Origin: Octopus sinensis
Taxonomy: Eukaryota
DNA length: 64,000 nucleotides
NCBI RefSeq assembly: GCF_006345805.1
Contig: NC_043002.1
Span: forward strand, 80,972,001 to 81,036,000
Direction: 5' to 3'
Shown here: one piece after another, positions 1 through 13,363 of the stretch
Position numbering within the stretch: the stretch's first letter is position 1
Layout of the letters: each line of letters opens with the position of its first letter
Position numbers and translations under genes: made by a program
Notes under the pieces: model-generated
Told to the model about the DNA's origin: nothing
The model's database searches: none
The model's input: only the letters and a program-made list of their open reading frames with translations

Positions 1-1958
1 CGTGGCTGAGGGCATGTCTGAGAGGGCCATTATGAACAGTAGTGGTCCCAGAACAGTGCCCTGCGGAACACCGCACACTATCTCCCAGTTTTCCAACTAT
101 GTTGAGATCACGCAGTTTGTGACATATCATTCCATGATCGACTTTATCAAAGGCCTTTGCAAAGTCGAGATATATCACTTCCACATTTGAGTGGTTGAGC
201 AGCCGTTTCAGCACCCAGTCATAGTGTTGTAGGAGCTGAGTTAAACAGCTTCTCCCTGGTCGGAAACCATGTTGGGTGTCGGGCAGCAAGTCATTTTCTT
301 CAAGGAAGGTGATCAGTTTCCTTCTGACTATTCGTTCCATGACCTTGCTGATGTGTGAGGTCAGAGAGATAGGTCTGTAGTTCTTGGCCTCCGCTCTGCT
401 ACCTCCTTTATGAATGGGGCATATTTTACCTTCCTTCAGTTTTCTTGGAAGTTTGCCAGCTGCAAGGAAGCTCTGAAAGAGGAACTGCAGTGGTCTTGCT
501 AGGACTCTCTTACATACTTTTATGAGGATTACCGGGAATACATCGGGGCCAGTAGCTGAGTCTGTTTTCATTTCATCTATAGCCTTTATTATATCGTCTT
601 CCTTTATATCGATGTAATTTATCGTCGCCGCCTCCGATTTTATATCTGCAGTGGTAAAGAAGTCAGTTGGATTGGTGATTTGGAGATGCCCAAGGGGTAG
701 AGTGAAAACACTCTTGAATTGCTCATTCAGTATTTCACTTACTCTCATTGGTTTTCCTGTAAGTATGCCATCCTTTTCAAGGAGTGGCCCTATTCTACAG
801 TGCACCGTAGCTGTTTCTTTGGCATACCTGTAGAAAGCTCTGGGGTTAGATTTTATGTTGTCTATAGCCCAGGCTTCTTTGTCTGCTCTTTCCTTTTCAT
901 GGGAGAGTTGCAGACATTTTTCGATTTCCAACAGTTTTATTTTTAGGCGGGATTTTTCACTGCTTTCCATCTTTCAAATGTTTGTTTAGGCGATTTGAAA
1001 TTTTTGTACGCCGTCTCATTAAAATTGTCCTCTCTCTGGGGATTTTGTTCTTGTGTACAGTGGCCTTTCTCTCTGGGACACATTTGTAGCATATGGCTTG
1101 CATTACAGACATGAATTGTTGAAGTTTCACGTCGATGTCTGGCGAGGAGAGACATTTAGGCCAGTTTTGTTTGAGGATCTCTTTCTCAATTTGTTTCCAG
1201 TTTGCCTTATGGTAGTTCAAGCTGGAAAGATTCTGAGGGTTTCTTGTAGGCTGCATGTCCGTGCTCTCTTTTGGCCCGTACATGGTCAGCTCTACCATGT
1301 TGTGATCCGAGAGTAGTGTCGGTGTCACTTTCACATTATGGATGAGATCCATGTCATTTGTGAAGCAGAGATCCAGTGTGTTACCTGCCCTGGTTGGTTG
1401 GAGTATTACTTGCTCCATGTACAGGGTGTTGATGAGGTTCAGGAGGGACCTCGCCTGTCCTCGTTCACATCTTGTCATTCCTGGAAGAGAAAGGCCCTCA
1501 GGCCATCTGACATTGGGTAGATTGAAGTCTCCCATGAGAAGTACACTTATGTGTTGTTCTAATGTGATTAGAACTTCTATTTTTATAAGGCAGTCTTCAA
1601 ACTTGCCTACATGGCTTGGGGCATCTGGAGGGCGATATGTAGCACACACAACTACATCGAGTTGCCTTATGTGTACAATTAGTGTGTCACACACCGAGTT
1701 TGAGTATGACAAAAGGACCTGGGGTGTGAGCTCCTCACGGATGTACATAGCAACTCCTCCATGACTCCTTTCTTTTCTGTCGGTCCGTAGTACAACATTC
1801 TGTGGTATGTGTAATTCCGCATCTGCTATGTCCGGTTTCAGGTGCGTTTCCGTAAGTGCTATGCATAAGGCTTGATTGCATGCGACAAAGTCTCTCAGGA
1901 ACGGGATTTTTGTCCTGTTACTGAGTGTTTGCAGTCCTCTGATGTTCAGTAGGAGCAT
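1..1958 (-). pseudogene. LINE ORF2 (APE endonuclease plus reverse transcriptase), disrupted
   Basis: The track ORF 957-2102 holds the endonuclease. After a frameshift near 960 another frame continues through the RT. Near position 80, GKLG joins VCGVPQG out of frame, so the usual intervening RT segment is missing (internal deletion). Confidence 0.9.
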
Positions 1959-2827
1959 TGAGGTGAGGTGTATGTTGTTGCCGGCGGTGTCCATCTTGGG
2001 TCTGTTTGCTGTGGTGGTCTTGTATATTGTGGGTAGTCCCACCTGTGAGCTTGGGTTTGATGAAGCCAGGTCAGCTGCTGTACAATCTTTTGTGCCATGC
2101 ACAAAAAAGATTCTTGCTCAGCAGCTGCCCTTTCAACAACGTCATGTTGGCGGTTTGTGGCACGCACCACATCTGCGTACCTCCGTTTTTGGGCAGGTGG
2201 TGCGTGGTCCATCCCTTTTCCTTGTGTTTATCTGTTTTCGTTTTGTGTCTCTGCGGCAGGGTCCCCGATGTGCAAAGCGGCAGCCTGCACCTTCCTCTCC
2301 ATGCCAGCAGGTACCTCTCAGGTAGAACCTACACACCCGTGTGCGCTGTTTGTTTCCATCCCTTGCGGTTCCACTTCTATTCCTGGCTGTTTCACCCTTT
2401 GGTCCTGCTTGAGCTTTTCCTTTAGCTCTTTCAGTCCTTCTTTTAGTTCTTCCCTGGGTTCTCCATCTCCATGGCCCTTGCTGCCGGTAGGAGCATTTGT
2501 ACTTGGGTTCACTTCCCGGGCAGGTTTCTCACTCAAAACCCCTTCCCGGGTATCCACCAGGTGGGGGTGACTTCTTTCATCGTCTCCATCCTTGCCATCT
2601 TTGCCCTGCTCGTTCTCAAAAATGGCATCAAGTGTGCCAATGTGCGACCGTACAAGCGCATAGGAGCGTTTGAATTCCTGTTTCTTTCGCTCTATCTGAG
2701 CTACCGTCCTTTTGTAGTTGCCGCTCTTCAGCGCAGCCGTAATCACATTGTTTGGGTTTTCTCCGTCGGCGCATTTCCAGGCTCATACGAACAACGCCAG
2801 TTCGTCAGGTCTCCAGGCTCTGGACAT
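1946..2827 (-). pseudogene. LINE ORF1 with a coiled-coil-like region and a CCCH-type zinc finger, broken into frames
   Basis: It begins MSRAWRPDELALFV*AWKC with a premature TGA. It continues in track ORFs 2318-2746 (EELKEGLKELKEKLKQ), 2142-2336 (CRFYLRGTCWHGEEGAGCRFAH) and 1946-2212 (RRYADVVR). Confidence 0.7.
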
Positions 2828-2935
2828 GTTGGATAATCTATCTATTTATTTATCTATCTAATTATGTTCAAAATTCAATAGTGTGACAGCGGGCAGAGAA
2901 GAAGCAGAGAAAGAAAGCGACTGTGCACCTAGAGA

Positions 2936-3100
2936 GATTGAGAGCTGAGAGAAGATAAGAAGATATATATTTATGCGACTATATATTTAGAGAAATTGAG
3001 AAGGTGAGAGAGGAAAGATTGAGAGCTGAGAGAAGATAAGAAGATATATATTTATGCGACTATATATTTAGAGAGATTGAGAAGGTGAGAGAGGAAAGAT
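2936..3100. repeat. Tandem duplication, ~81 bp x2, AG-rich
   Basis: GATTGAGAGCTGAGAGAAGATAAGAAG starts at 2936 and at 3017. Confidence 0.85.
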
Positions 3101-3133
3101 TGTGACAGAGAGAAGTGGAGAAGTGAAGAGACA

Positions 3134-3935
3134 AGGGAAGATTGAATGGCTGAAAGAAGAGAGATGGTGTGATAGAGAGAAGTAAAGAGACAGAGGGAGA
3201 AAGAGAGGGGGGTTACGAAGCTGAAATAGAAATGAGGGATTAAGAAAATGAAAGATTGTTAAAGAGAGGGAAGATTGAATGGCTGAAAGAAGAGAGATGG
3301 TGTGATAGAGAGAAGTAAAGAGACAGAGGGAGAAAGAGAGGGGGTTACGAAAGCTGCAATAGAAATGAGGGATTAAGAAAATGAAAGATTGTTAAAGAGA
3401 GGGAAGATTGAATGGCTGAAAGAAGAGAGATGGTGTGATAGAGAGAAGTAAAGAGACAGAGGGAGAAAGAGAGGGGGTTACGAAAGCTGCAATAGAAATG
3501 AGGGATTAAGAAAATGAAAGATTGTTAAAGAGAGGAAGATTGAATGGCTGAAAGAAGAGAGATGGTGTGATAGAGAGAAGCAAAGAGACAGAGGGAGAAA
3601 GAGAGGGGGTTACGAAAGCTGCAATAGAAATGAGGGATTAAGAAAATGAAAGATTGTTAAAGAGAGGGAAGATTGAATGGCTGAAAGAAGAGAGATGGTG
3701 TGATAGAGAGAAGTAAAGAGACAGAGGGAGAAAGAGAGGGGGTTACGAAAGCTGCAATAGAAATGAGGGATTAAGAAAATGAAAGATTGTTAAAGAGAGG
3801 GAAGATTGAATGGCTGAAAGAAGAGAGATGGTGTGATAGAGAGAAGTAAAGAGACAGAGGGAGAAAGAGAGGGGGTTACGAAAGCTGCAATAGAAATGAG
3901 GGATTAAGAAAATGAAAGATTGTTAAAGAGAGGAG
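3134..3935. repeat. Tandem array, 133-bp unit, about 6 copies
   Basis: AAGATTGAATGGCTG recurs at 3138, 3271, 3404, 3536, 3669 and 3802. The units are near-identical and have no unique spacers. Confidence 0.95.
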
Positions 3936-4204
3936 AGAGAGGGGGTTACGACACTGAGATAGAAATGAAAGATTAAGAAAAGTGAGAGATTTGCACAAAA
4001 GGAGAGAGATTTTTAATTTTTAACAGGAAGGCTGAAATAGGAAGTAATTATTAAAGATTGTTGTTAAAGTTCGCGTCTATGCATATATACGTATACATAT
4101 ACACGTGCACACACACACACACACACACATATGCACAAACGGAGAGAAAATGAGGAAAATATATTAAAATAAACAAACGGAGAGAAATTGAGGAAAATAT
4201 ATTA

Positions 4205-4572
4205 AAATATATTAAAGTGTGGAGAAGAAAGGGTTTTTTAATCCTAAAGCCAATTTCAGGAGGATAAGGTATAAAAACGAGAAACAGATATTGAGAGAAT
4301 GTAAACAAAAACGGCCTTCGTAACTTTAACGGAGTTGCAAGCTTAAGTTAAGGGAAATAAAATAAGATAATAGATAAAATATGATAAAATATATTAAAGT
4401 GTGGAGAAGAAAGAAAGGGTTTTTTAATCCTAAAGCCAATTTCAGGAGGATAAGGTATAAAAACGAGAAACAGATATTGAGAGAATGTAAACAAAAACGG
4501 CCTTCGTAACTTTTAACGGAGTTGCAAGCTTAAGTTAAGGGAAATAAAATAAGATAATAGATAAAATATGAA
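4205..4572. repeat. Tandem duplication, ~180 bp x2
   Basis: The block ATTAAAGTGTGGAGAAGAAAG...GATAATAGATAAAATATGA is present twice. Confidence 0.85.
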
Positions 4573-5076
4573 ATAGAAGATGAAAGTGATACTTATTCCA
4601 ACGATGTAGTCTGGGTTTTTGTGCTTTACGGAATTATTTTCCAGGAGAGATGTTTCTTTTTCCTTCTTACAGGAGATAAATTAATTCAATGAGTGTCCAC
4701 CATGTGCGTTTTCGGCGAAATGAAAATTACTGTATTTGGCTTCAGGCAAAATATATTACGTTTTTGATTAATATATTTTTAACCAATGTGTTGTAAGTGG
4801 ACTTTATGATTTGAATTTTACGTTTTGTGACTTTCAGTAGGCTATTTCGCCGATTTAAGCAAACTTTTCTGTTTTTTTAACAGAGCAAAGGCGAGACACG
4901 TCTTTCTCTGGGGGAACCGGAAGTATATATATATATATGTGTGTATGATTGTATGTATGTATGTATGTATGTATGTATGTATGTATGTATGTATGTATGT
5001 ATGTATGTATACATATATTTACATGTATGTATGTATGTATGTATGTATGTATGTATGTATGTATACATATATTTAC

Positions 5077-5109
<33 letters not shown>

Positions 5110-5147
5110 TGCATGTTTCTATGTATAAAGGTGGAACGAAGCGATGG

Positions 5148-5293
5148 GGTACGTTGGTGAATTGGTACCACACTTGTCGCGAAACACGCGTACGGAAAAC
5201 CCACTTTTTTTCTGTCGTAGGATTATATACCCTAATATTAGATTATTTTCTTTAGTCAGGACACGGTGGTCGCTTATAAGCTTTAAGCTTATA
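5148..5293 (+). mobile_element. Fragment of the long-inverted-repeat element family: internally deleted tRNA-like cassette plus one terminal arm
   Basis: 5205-5293 aligns with the arm at 37015-37103 (ending ATAAGCTTTAAGCTTATA). 5148-5194 reads GGTACGT-TG-GTGA-ATTGGTA-CCAC-A-CTTGT-CGCGAAA...CAC-GCGTACG, the same layout as the cassette at 36266-36336. Confidence 0.6.
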
Positions 5294-5306
5294 AAATATT
5301 ATCTTA

Positions 5307-5660
5307 TGGTTTTGTGGTGAGAAGCTTGCTTCCCAACGACATGGTTGTGGATTCAGACCCACTACGTGGCACTTTCGGTCTTCTACTATACCTTACGTCC
5401 GACCAAAGTCTTGTGAGTGAATTTGATGGACGCAAACTGAAAGAAGCTCGTCAGGTGTATATATATATATATGTTTGTATGTATATGCCTGCTTCTGTGT
5501 CTGTGCCCAATTACTACCACTTGACAACCGGTCTCAGTGTGTTTTTGTCCCTGCAGCTGAGCGACCGATATAGTAAGTACTAGGGTAGATCTGTTCGACT
5601 AAAACCCTGCAAGGGTGTGCACTAGCATGGCTGCAATCAAATGGCTGAAACAAGTTAAAG
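5307..5660 (+). mobile_element. SINE family A (tRNA-derived, internal microsatellite), diverged copy
   Basis: The head resembles 62491 onward, followed by an internal (TA)n tract and a tail ending GGCTGAAACAAGTTAAAG. Confidence 0.75.
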
Positions 5661-5694
5661 GTAAGTGGTATATGTATATATATATATATATACT

Positions 5695-5735
<41 letters not shown>

Positions 5736-5961
5736 ACCCTCTCTCTATATATATATATGTGTATATATACATGTGTGTGTGTGTGTATATATATATATGC
5801 CTGAAAATATGCATATATTCACACACATACATATACAAATAGATGTGTGTATATGTATGTATATGTTTATATACATACACATATATATGTATACGTGAAT
5901 ATACGTATATCTTCACACACATACATCCACAAACAGGTGTGCGTGTATGTATGTATGTATG

Positions 5962-6014
<53 letters not shown>

Positions 6015-7085
6015 ATATATGTATGTATGTATGTATGTGTGTATATGTGTATGTTTATGTGTGTGTGTGTGTGTTTGCTTATGTATATATATCAAGAGAG
6101 AAAGAGAGAGTATCAGAGATCTTTGTTAGCAGGCAGAATTGTATGCAAGCCGAAGTTATAGCTAACCGAATCAAAAGGGACACTATAAAAATATATGTAT
6201 ATCACAAAAAAGGAGTTGATTGAAATTAATTTGTGTAAATTCTATTGATGTTGACTGACATTGATATTATTTATCAAATATTAATACGATTACCAGATAA
6301 CCAGCCTCAAAAGGCGGCGATTAGAACTAATTTATGAATGCCGTATCACAAACACCTAGTATATTTAAATATAAATTATTATTTTCTAAAGTAAGGTTAG
6401 TCCTGACCGAAAAAAATCTATGATCGTAGACTGTTCGGCCATTACCATGCAGAATTTTTGGATATACTGAATTATGATGTCAAAAATGTCTTTCGTTTTT
6501 TGTAGACAGATGGTGTGTAAAATGATCACTTGTTGGTCAAGTGATCATAGAGAAATTTCCTCATTAGCTCGACGTAGAAACATACTTTGTGTTGCTGTTA
6601 CTACAACTGTCATTGGTCTGAGGTTATCCTTGTTTAAGTAGACCTATATGAAAATTGCTCAAGATGAGATCAGCTAATCTTTGTATAAAGTATCCTGCGA
6701 GCAAGACGACATCTTCCTGGGTATATATACCTGTCCTTCCTTATCTGGAATGTAGCGTGTGGTTTCTTTCTTCATACCATTTGTCTTTCACTCATTTCGG
6801 TTTCGTATGGTCAATGAATGCTGATTTAACAATGCATATGATGTAAGCTCGAGGCCATGTGGTAGATATACAAAAGAGGAAAGTTTAAGTTAGAACGGAT
6901 TATTGAGAGCCCCATGCTGCAGCAATTCTAATCTCTCTGAGCAATATTGATGACTAGCTATAACACGATTAGCTTAGCATTTTATCTTTCATTGCTTATA
7001 CATTACAAACATACATGCACGCATACAGACTACATGCATGCATACGTAAATACATACATGTATATATATATATACATATATATAT

Positions 7086-7131
<46 letters not shown>

Positions 7132-7618
7132 GAGGAATACTGAGAAAAGATTGAAAATTCGATAAAATTTTGTATATACATATAGGTTTTTAGTTTAAAA
7201 TAAGTTTAAGTTTTTAGCGTAAGGGGTAACTTGTTTCTTCCTATGTATTACTTGCGTATGAAAATAAAGATACAAAAATACATTTTCATATAAATGTTTT
7301 CGTATTCAAGTTTAATTGAAAATATATGGGTGTATGTATTCATTAGGTAAGTATAACTGGAATAAGCAACACAATTGCAAAGGAAAGAAGGCAAAAAATT
7401 GGGATCACATGTTACTTCGGGTCTTTTGTATAGAAATAAGTTTTAGTGTATATATTTTTGTGTGTGATGCGATCGATTAAAAGAGGTTTTATAGTGGAAG
7501 AAAAATCATATTTAAATAACCGGGATCTGGTTTACGCTTATCTTCAACCTTACAACGCTTTGGGTAATTTTTCCATGTGTAGAAAATGTGTGTGAATTGT
7601 ATGAAGTATGTCGCTTAT

Positions 7619-7672
<54 letters not shown>

Positions 7673-7739
7673 TCTTTGTACATTCATATATGCATATATA
7701 TATATATAGATTGTTTGTTCCTTCTCGAGCCATGCCTGT

Positions 7740-8012
7740 CTCATAAGGGCCGGTTTCCCGATTTCCTTGGCGTATAGGTTCCCCACCTGGAAGGGACGCC
7801 GGCCCGTCGCAGGTGAGCTGCAAGATGCAGGAGGAAAGATTGAGAGAAAACTGTGGCGAAAGAGTCAGCAGAAGTTCGCCATTAGCTTCTGCCGGAGCCG
7901 CGTGGAGCTTAGGTGCTTCGCTCATAAACACACACATCGCCCGGTCTGAGATTCGAACTCGCGATCGCTCGAACGCAAGTCCGCTGCTCTAACCACTAGG
8001 TCATGTACCTTC
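7740..8012 (-). mobile_element. SINE family C variant (tRNA-derived head, shared 3' tail)
   Basis: The minus strand has an A box (TGACCTAGTGGTTAGAGC) and a B box (GAGTTCGAATCTC). The tail GCGTCCC...GAAATCGGGAAACCGGC is shared with 27895-28112. Confidence 0.8.
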
Positions 8013-8475
8013 ACATATATTTAGATAGATAGAGAAAGAGAGACAGAGACAGAGACAGAGAGATGACAGGACAAATCAGTTACGAGAAATAACGCAGAGT
8101 GCTTTGTGGTGTGTATTAGAACATCAAAAACGAATAAGCATTATTAAAATATCATACAAGGCAGATTTTTTTTTTTATCTATTGGAATGATTTCTGCTTG
8201 GTATTATTGTAGCAGAATTTCTTTATGGTGAAAGGAACAATCAACAAATGAGAAGTGCAAATAATATAAAACTGACGTGACATTAAAGAGAAGACATTTT
8301 AATTGTCTGGAGACAAGAGGACACTTCGGACCCTTGTTTCTAACTCAACAGACATCATCAGGATAGCAGTGGCCCTACATTAATTTTAGCCAATAGATCA
8401 ATCATACATGCATGTGAGAGAGGGTGTGTGTTTATGTTTATATATGTATATGTGTGTGTGTGTACGTACATATAT

Positions 8476-8703
8476 ATTCTTTTTTCCATTTTTATTTGTT
8501 TCAGTCGTTTGACTGAAGCCATGCTGGAGCACCGCCATTAATCGAACAAATCGACCCCAGGACTTACTCTTTGTAAGCCTAATACTTATTTATCTCTCTC
8601 TTTTACCGAACTGCTAAGTTACGGTGACATAAGCACACCAACATTGGTTGTCAAGCGATGGTGGGGGGACAAATACAGACACATACATACATACATACAT
8701 GCA

Positions 8704-8739
<36 letters not shown>

Positions 8740-8890
8740 TATGTATATATATATATATATCTTCCAGATCCACTCACAAGGCTTTGGTCAGCCCGAGTCT
8801 ATAGTAGAAGACACTTGCCCAAGGTGCCACGCAGTGGGACTGAACCGGAAACCATGTGGTGGGTAAGCAAGCTACTCACCACATAGTCAC
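8476..8890 (-). mobile_element. SINE family A
   Basis: Reverse-complement match to 62491-62996, with an internal (CATA)n/(TA)n tract between head and tail. Confidence 0.9.
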
Positions 8891-9467
8891 ACACACACAT
8901 TCATACATACATATACGTATATAGATATATATAAAGTAACAGACTAAGGAGAGGAATTCCTTCAAAGGCGTGTCTATGTATGTGTATATGTATGCATGTG
9001 TAAGTGTGTATATATTTATTTTTTGTATATATGTGTATATGTATATGTACATGTATGTATATATATGCATGTGCGTATATGTCTATAAGTAAAACTGTGT
9101 CTGTATATATATATGTGTGTGTTTGTGTGTGTGTGTGTGCGTGTGTGTGTGCGTCTGTGTACGTATGTATGTATGTATGTATGTATGTATGTATGTATGT
9201 ATGTATGTATGTATGTTGTATGTATGTATGTATGTATATCTTTAAGTTTTGTCATCTTAATCTATATAATATTGTAGAATTTGGAAACTTAATTTGTTAT
9301 GAATTAATTCAGATTATTTTGAATCTTTCTAGTGCAAATTCTTGTAGTCACGGTAAAATACATCATTATATTAGTAATTCGGTGTTAATTACAAATTACA
9401 AATAATATTCATTATACTAAATAATTATATGTATAAATACATTCATTTAATTTATTAATTAATTGAA

Positions 9468-9550
<83 letters not shown>

Positions 9551-9552
<2 letters not shown>

Positions 9553-10079
9553 CTGACCGAAAGATAGACGCGAATAGGCCAGACATCATAGTAAAAGACT
9601 TCAGACAAAAACCATGCCTCCTCATTGATATGACTGTACCAATCGATATAAACGTTTCTGTCAAGACCTACCAGAAACTGAGCAAATATAAAGATCTGGA
9701 AATAGAAATCAGCAAAATGTGGAACCTGAAGACTAAAACAATACCTGTTGTCATAGGTGCCCTGGGAATGATACCAAAAGGGGCTGATTGCTGCCTAACT
9801 CAGATACCAGGAAACCCCAAAATGGCAGAAATTCAAAAGATAGTGCTCATGGGAACTGCTCATATCCTACGAAAAATACTTTCTTTGTAATCTCATGTTT
9901 TAAAACAAACAATTTTCGTATAGTTTTTTAGGCATTCACTAGTACAATACTAAGTACAAAACCAAGTATATGGCACCCTAGGCATAACACCAGCATGAAC
10001 TTCCAACTTGTTGTCTCTTGAGGTCTCTGGGTGAGACTTGGATCCAGCTTGTGCAGATGTAAAGCAAAAGTCAAACGTA

Positions 10080-10080
<1 letters not shown>
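9551..10080 (+). mobile_element. R4/Dong-clade non-LTR retrotransposon, 5'-truncated (restriction-like endonuclease region and 3' UTR)
   Basis: Encodes IDANRPDIIVKD...LLIDMTVP...KLSKYKDLEIEISKMWNLKTKTIPVVIGALG (PD..D/E-type RLE). Flanked on both sides by (AAT)n (9468-9550 and 10081-10150). Confidence 0.9.
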
Positions 10081-10132
<52 letters not shown>

Positions 10133-10150
10133 TAATAATAATAATAATAA

Positions 10151-13100
10151 CGCAACATTCCCAACAAACACGATGTAAACAACGAAGGGGAGCCTAATGA
10201 TTATGATAATATAAAAAATAAAATAATCTTAGAACTGAAAACCACAGAACCCAAATGTACCACCGACCATACCTCCCAAGAATAAAAATAAACGAAATAA
10301 CAACACCAATTATAAACAGCATAAATCTAGCCGTCCTGAACTAGCCACTGAAACAAAAAAAAGTGATATCACTGAAAAAATGACTTGATATACGCAGCAG
10401 CCACTGCAGCCACAAAAGAAGCTGGATACTCACCCAAACCCGCCCAAACAGGAGTACCACCACCCAAACAAACCCTGTGGATAAATAACATCCAAAACAA
10501 AATTTAAAAAATTAAAAAGACCTGTCGATTCTTAATGAAATCAGCAAAGAATCAACGCTACTGAGCAACAAAAAGAGAAAAAAATGCTCCGCAAATATAA
10601 CATCACAGAAAAAGATTTGCCGGAGATAAAAGAAAAGCTGAAGCAAGATATCCTTGCCAAAGCTCAAAGGATCCGCCGGTACGAGAAACGCCAACGCTTC
10701 TTTGAACAGAACAAAAAGTTCAACACCAACCCCAAAAAGTTCTACCAAGATCTGGGAAAAATAAAATAGAAGTCACTGCAGCACCAACGGCAGAAGAATT
10801 GGAAGAATTCTGGAGAGAAATATGGTCGGCGAACGAACAGCCAAAAAAAGGAGTATCAAAAAATAAAACTCGGCATCTGAACAACTTTGGACCCCCATAA
10901 CAACTGAAGAGGTCACCCAGGCACTGCAAAAACTAAGCAACTGAAGGCACCTGGCATGACAAGATCCCCAACTTCTGGTTGTGAAATATCTAACAGGAAT
11001 GCACAAAAAGCTGGCTGAAAACTTTAACAGCATACTAGCAGAGCCAGAGAAAATGCCTGAATGGCTCACGAAGGGGAAAACCATCTTAATTCCCAAATCA
11101 AATGAAACAGCAAAACCAGAAAACTACAGACCAATAACCTGCCTCCCTACTATGTTCAAGGCATTTACTGCAGTGATATCGCAAAGGCTGAACAAGCACC
11201 TGGACGAAAACAAACTGTTCCCAGAAGAAGAGCAGAAAGGATGCCGCAAAGGCTCATATGGCTGTAAAGATAACTAATGATTAATAAAGCCGTAACTGAA
11301 GACAGCCACAGAAAGAAGAAAGGCCTCAGTATGGCCTGGATTGACTACAAAAAGGCGTTTGATAGCATCCCCCACACATGGATCTTGAAACACTAGCCAT
11401 TAACAAAGTAGCACCAACAATCATAAAATTCATAGAGCACTCTATGAATAAATGGCAAACAGTCCTACATCTCCAAACAAAAGAGGGACTCATGAAAACC
11501 AAAGACATCCCCATCAGAAGAGGAATATTCCAGGGAGACACGCTCTCTCCACTCCTTTTCTGCTTGGCACTGTCACCTCTATCTGATATGCTAAATAGAA
11601 CTGGATGCGGATATAAATGTTACGGCAAAACGATCAGCCACCTTTTATATGGATGACCTAAAACTATACGCTGCAAATGACAAACAGCTGGAAACACTAT
11701 TAAAGACAGTTCATGGATTTACCAAAGAAATAGATATGAAATTTGGATTAGAAAAATGCGCCAAAGTAACCATGAAAAGAGGAAAACTAGTTAAGAGTAA
11801 CAACATCACACTAGATAAAACCAATGAAATAAAAGAATTAGACCAAAGCCAAACTTACAAATACTTAGGAATCCATGAACTAGATAAGACACAACACACA
11901 CAAATGAAAGAGAAAAAAAAAAAGAATATTATAGACGAGTTAGATCAATACTAAAAACAGAGCTCAATGCTAAAAACAAGATAATAGGTATCAACACTTT
12001 AGCTGTCCCAGTTATAAGTTACAGCTACAATATCCTTAACTGGACACGAAATGAACTGTCCAAAATAGATAGGAAAACAAGAAAAATACTGACAGGATCT
12101 AGGATGCATCACCCAAAATCTGACATAGAAAGACTATATATACAACGTATAGAAGGTGGTAGAGGCCTTATACAGCTGGAAAACTACTATAAAATAACCA
12201 CCATAGGACTGCAAAAATACCTACTTCAGACGGAAGGAAAACTGATCCAGATAGCAGCAAAACACGAGCAAAACAAAAAACTGTTCTCAGTATTTAAGGA
12301 AGCTGACAATACAAACAAGAAATCATATCACCTAATAAACACGAAGAAGAAGAAGAAGAGATGAAGAAACAACAAAAGCTATAAAACAAATGAAATCCAA
12401 ACTAAAAATAGAACAGCAACGAACCATGATAAAACGATGGCAAGAAAATCCCTTCATGGTAAATACTGCACTAAACTAAACGCAAAAGAAATAGACAAAG
12501 AAAGATCCCAGCAATGGTTGAGAAGCTCAGGACTCAAAGCAGAAACAGAGGGATTTTTAATTGCAGCACAAGACCAAAGCCTCCCCACCAGAAATTACCA
12601 AAAACATGTAATGAAAAGAAATATTACAAGTAACTGCAGAATATGTGGAGATGGACAAGAAACAATAAATCATATTATCTCTAGCTGCCCAGTCCTGGCT
12701 AAGAAGGAATATATTCACAGACATGACAGAGTTGGAACCTACATACACTGGAAGCTATGCCAACATTATGGAATAACAACAGAAAAAAGATGGTATAGGC
12801 ACACACCAGAAAAGTTTGCAGAAAACGAGAAAGCAACAATACTCTGGGATATGCCGATACACAGATAGAGAAATTAAGGCCAACAGACCAGATATAGTTG
12901 TCAGAGATCATGAAGAAAAAAAATGCTTCTAATTGATGTATCAATACCGGCAGATGACAACGTGTCTCTAAAAGAAATGGAGAAACTCTCAAAATACAAA
13001 GACCTGGAAATAGAGGTAACTAGAATGTGGAATCTGAAAACAGAAACAATTCCTATCATAGTAGGTGCATTAGGCATGATAAAAAAATATTCAGACAAAT

Positions 13101-13294
13101 ACATAACAAAACACCAGGACTTACAAACACATATATCATACAGAAATTTGCCCTACTAGGCACTGCACACATCCTACGCAGAGCACTTTCCATACAATAA
13201 CCATCAGAGCATCACAACAAATCAGAGCACATACCCAAGGCACACAGAGCTAAGCTCGGTAGTGAAGTGAAAGCACGCCATAAAAATAAAACTA

Positions 13295-13297
<3 letters not shown>
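10151..13297 (+). mobile_element. R4/Dong-clade non-LTR retrotransposon (RT, CCHC finger, RLE), 5'-truncated and frameshifted
   Basis: RT motifs NYRPITCLPT, WIDYKKAFDS, RGIFQGDTLSPLLF and (Y)MDDLKLY; zinc knuckle CRICGDGQETINHIISSC; RLE NRPDIVV...LLIDVSIP...KLSKYKDLEIE. Flanked by (AAT)n at 10081-10150 and 13298-13395. Confidence 0.93.

Positions 13298-13363
<66 letters not shown>

Larger units (their letters stand above)
1..2827 (-). mobile_element. CR1/L2-group (Jockey-like) non-LTR retrotransposon with ORF1 and ORF2, disabled; 3' end lies beyond the window edge
   Basis: The minus strand encodes an ORF1 starting at ATG 2827, followed by an APE endonuclease (LLLNIRGL, IALTETHL, GGVAMYI, TYRPP, LMGDFNLP, TLDLCF) and an RT (NYRPISLTSHISKVMER, QHGFRPGRSC, IYLDFAKAFDKVDH, GVPQGTVLGPLLF). 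Confidence 0.92.

Noticed and set aside
3134-3935. Regular repeat array that could be mistaken for CRISPR
   Set aside because: The whole 133-bp unit is repeated with no unique spacers, the context is eukaryotic, and no cas genes are present.
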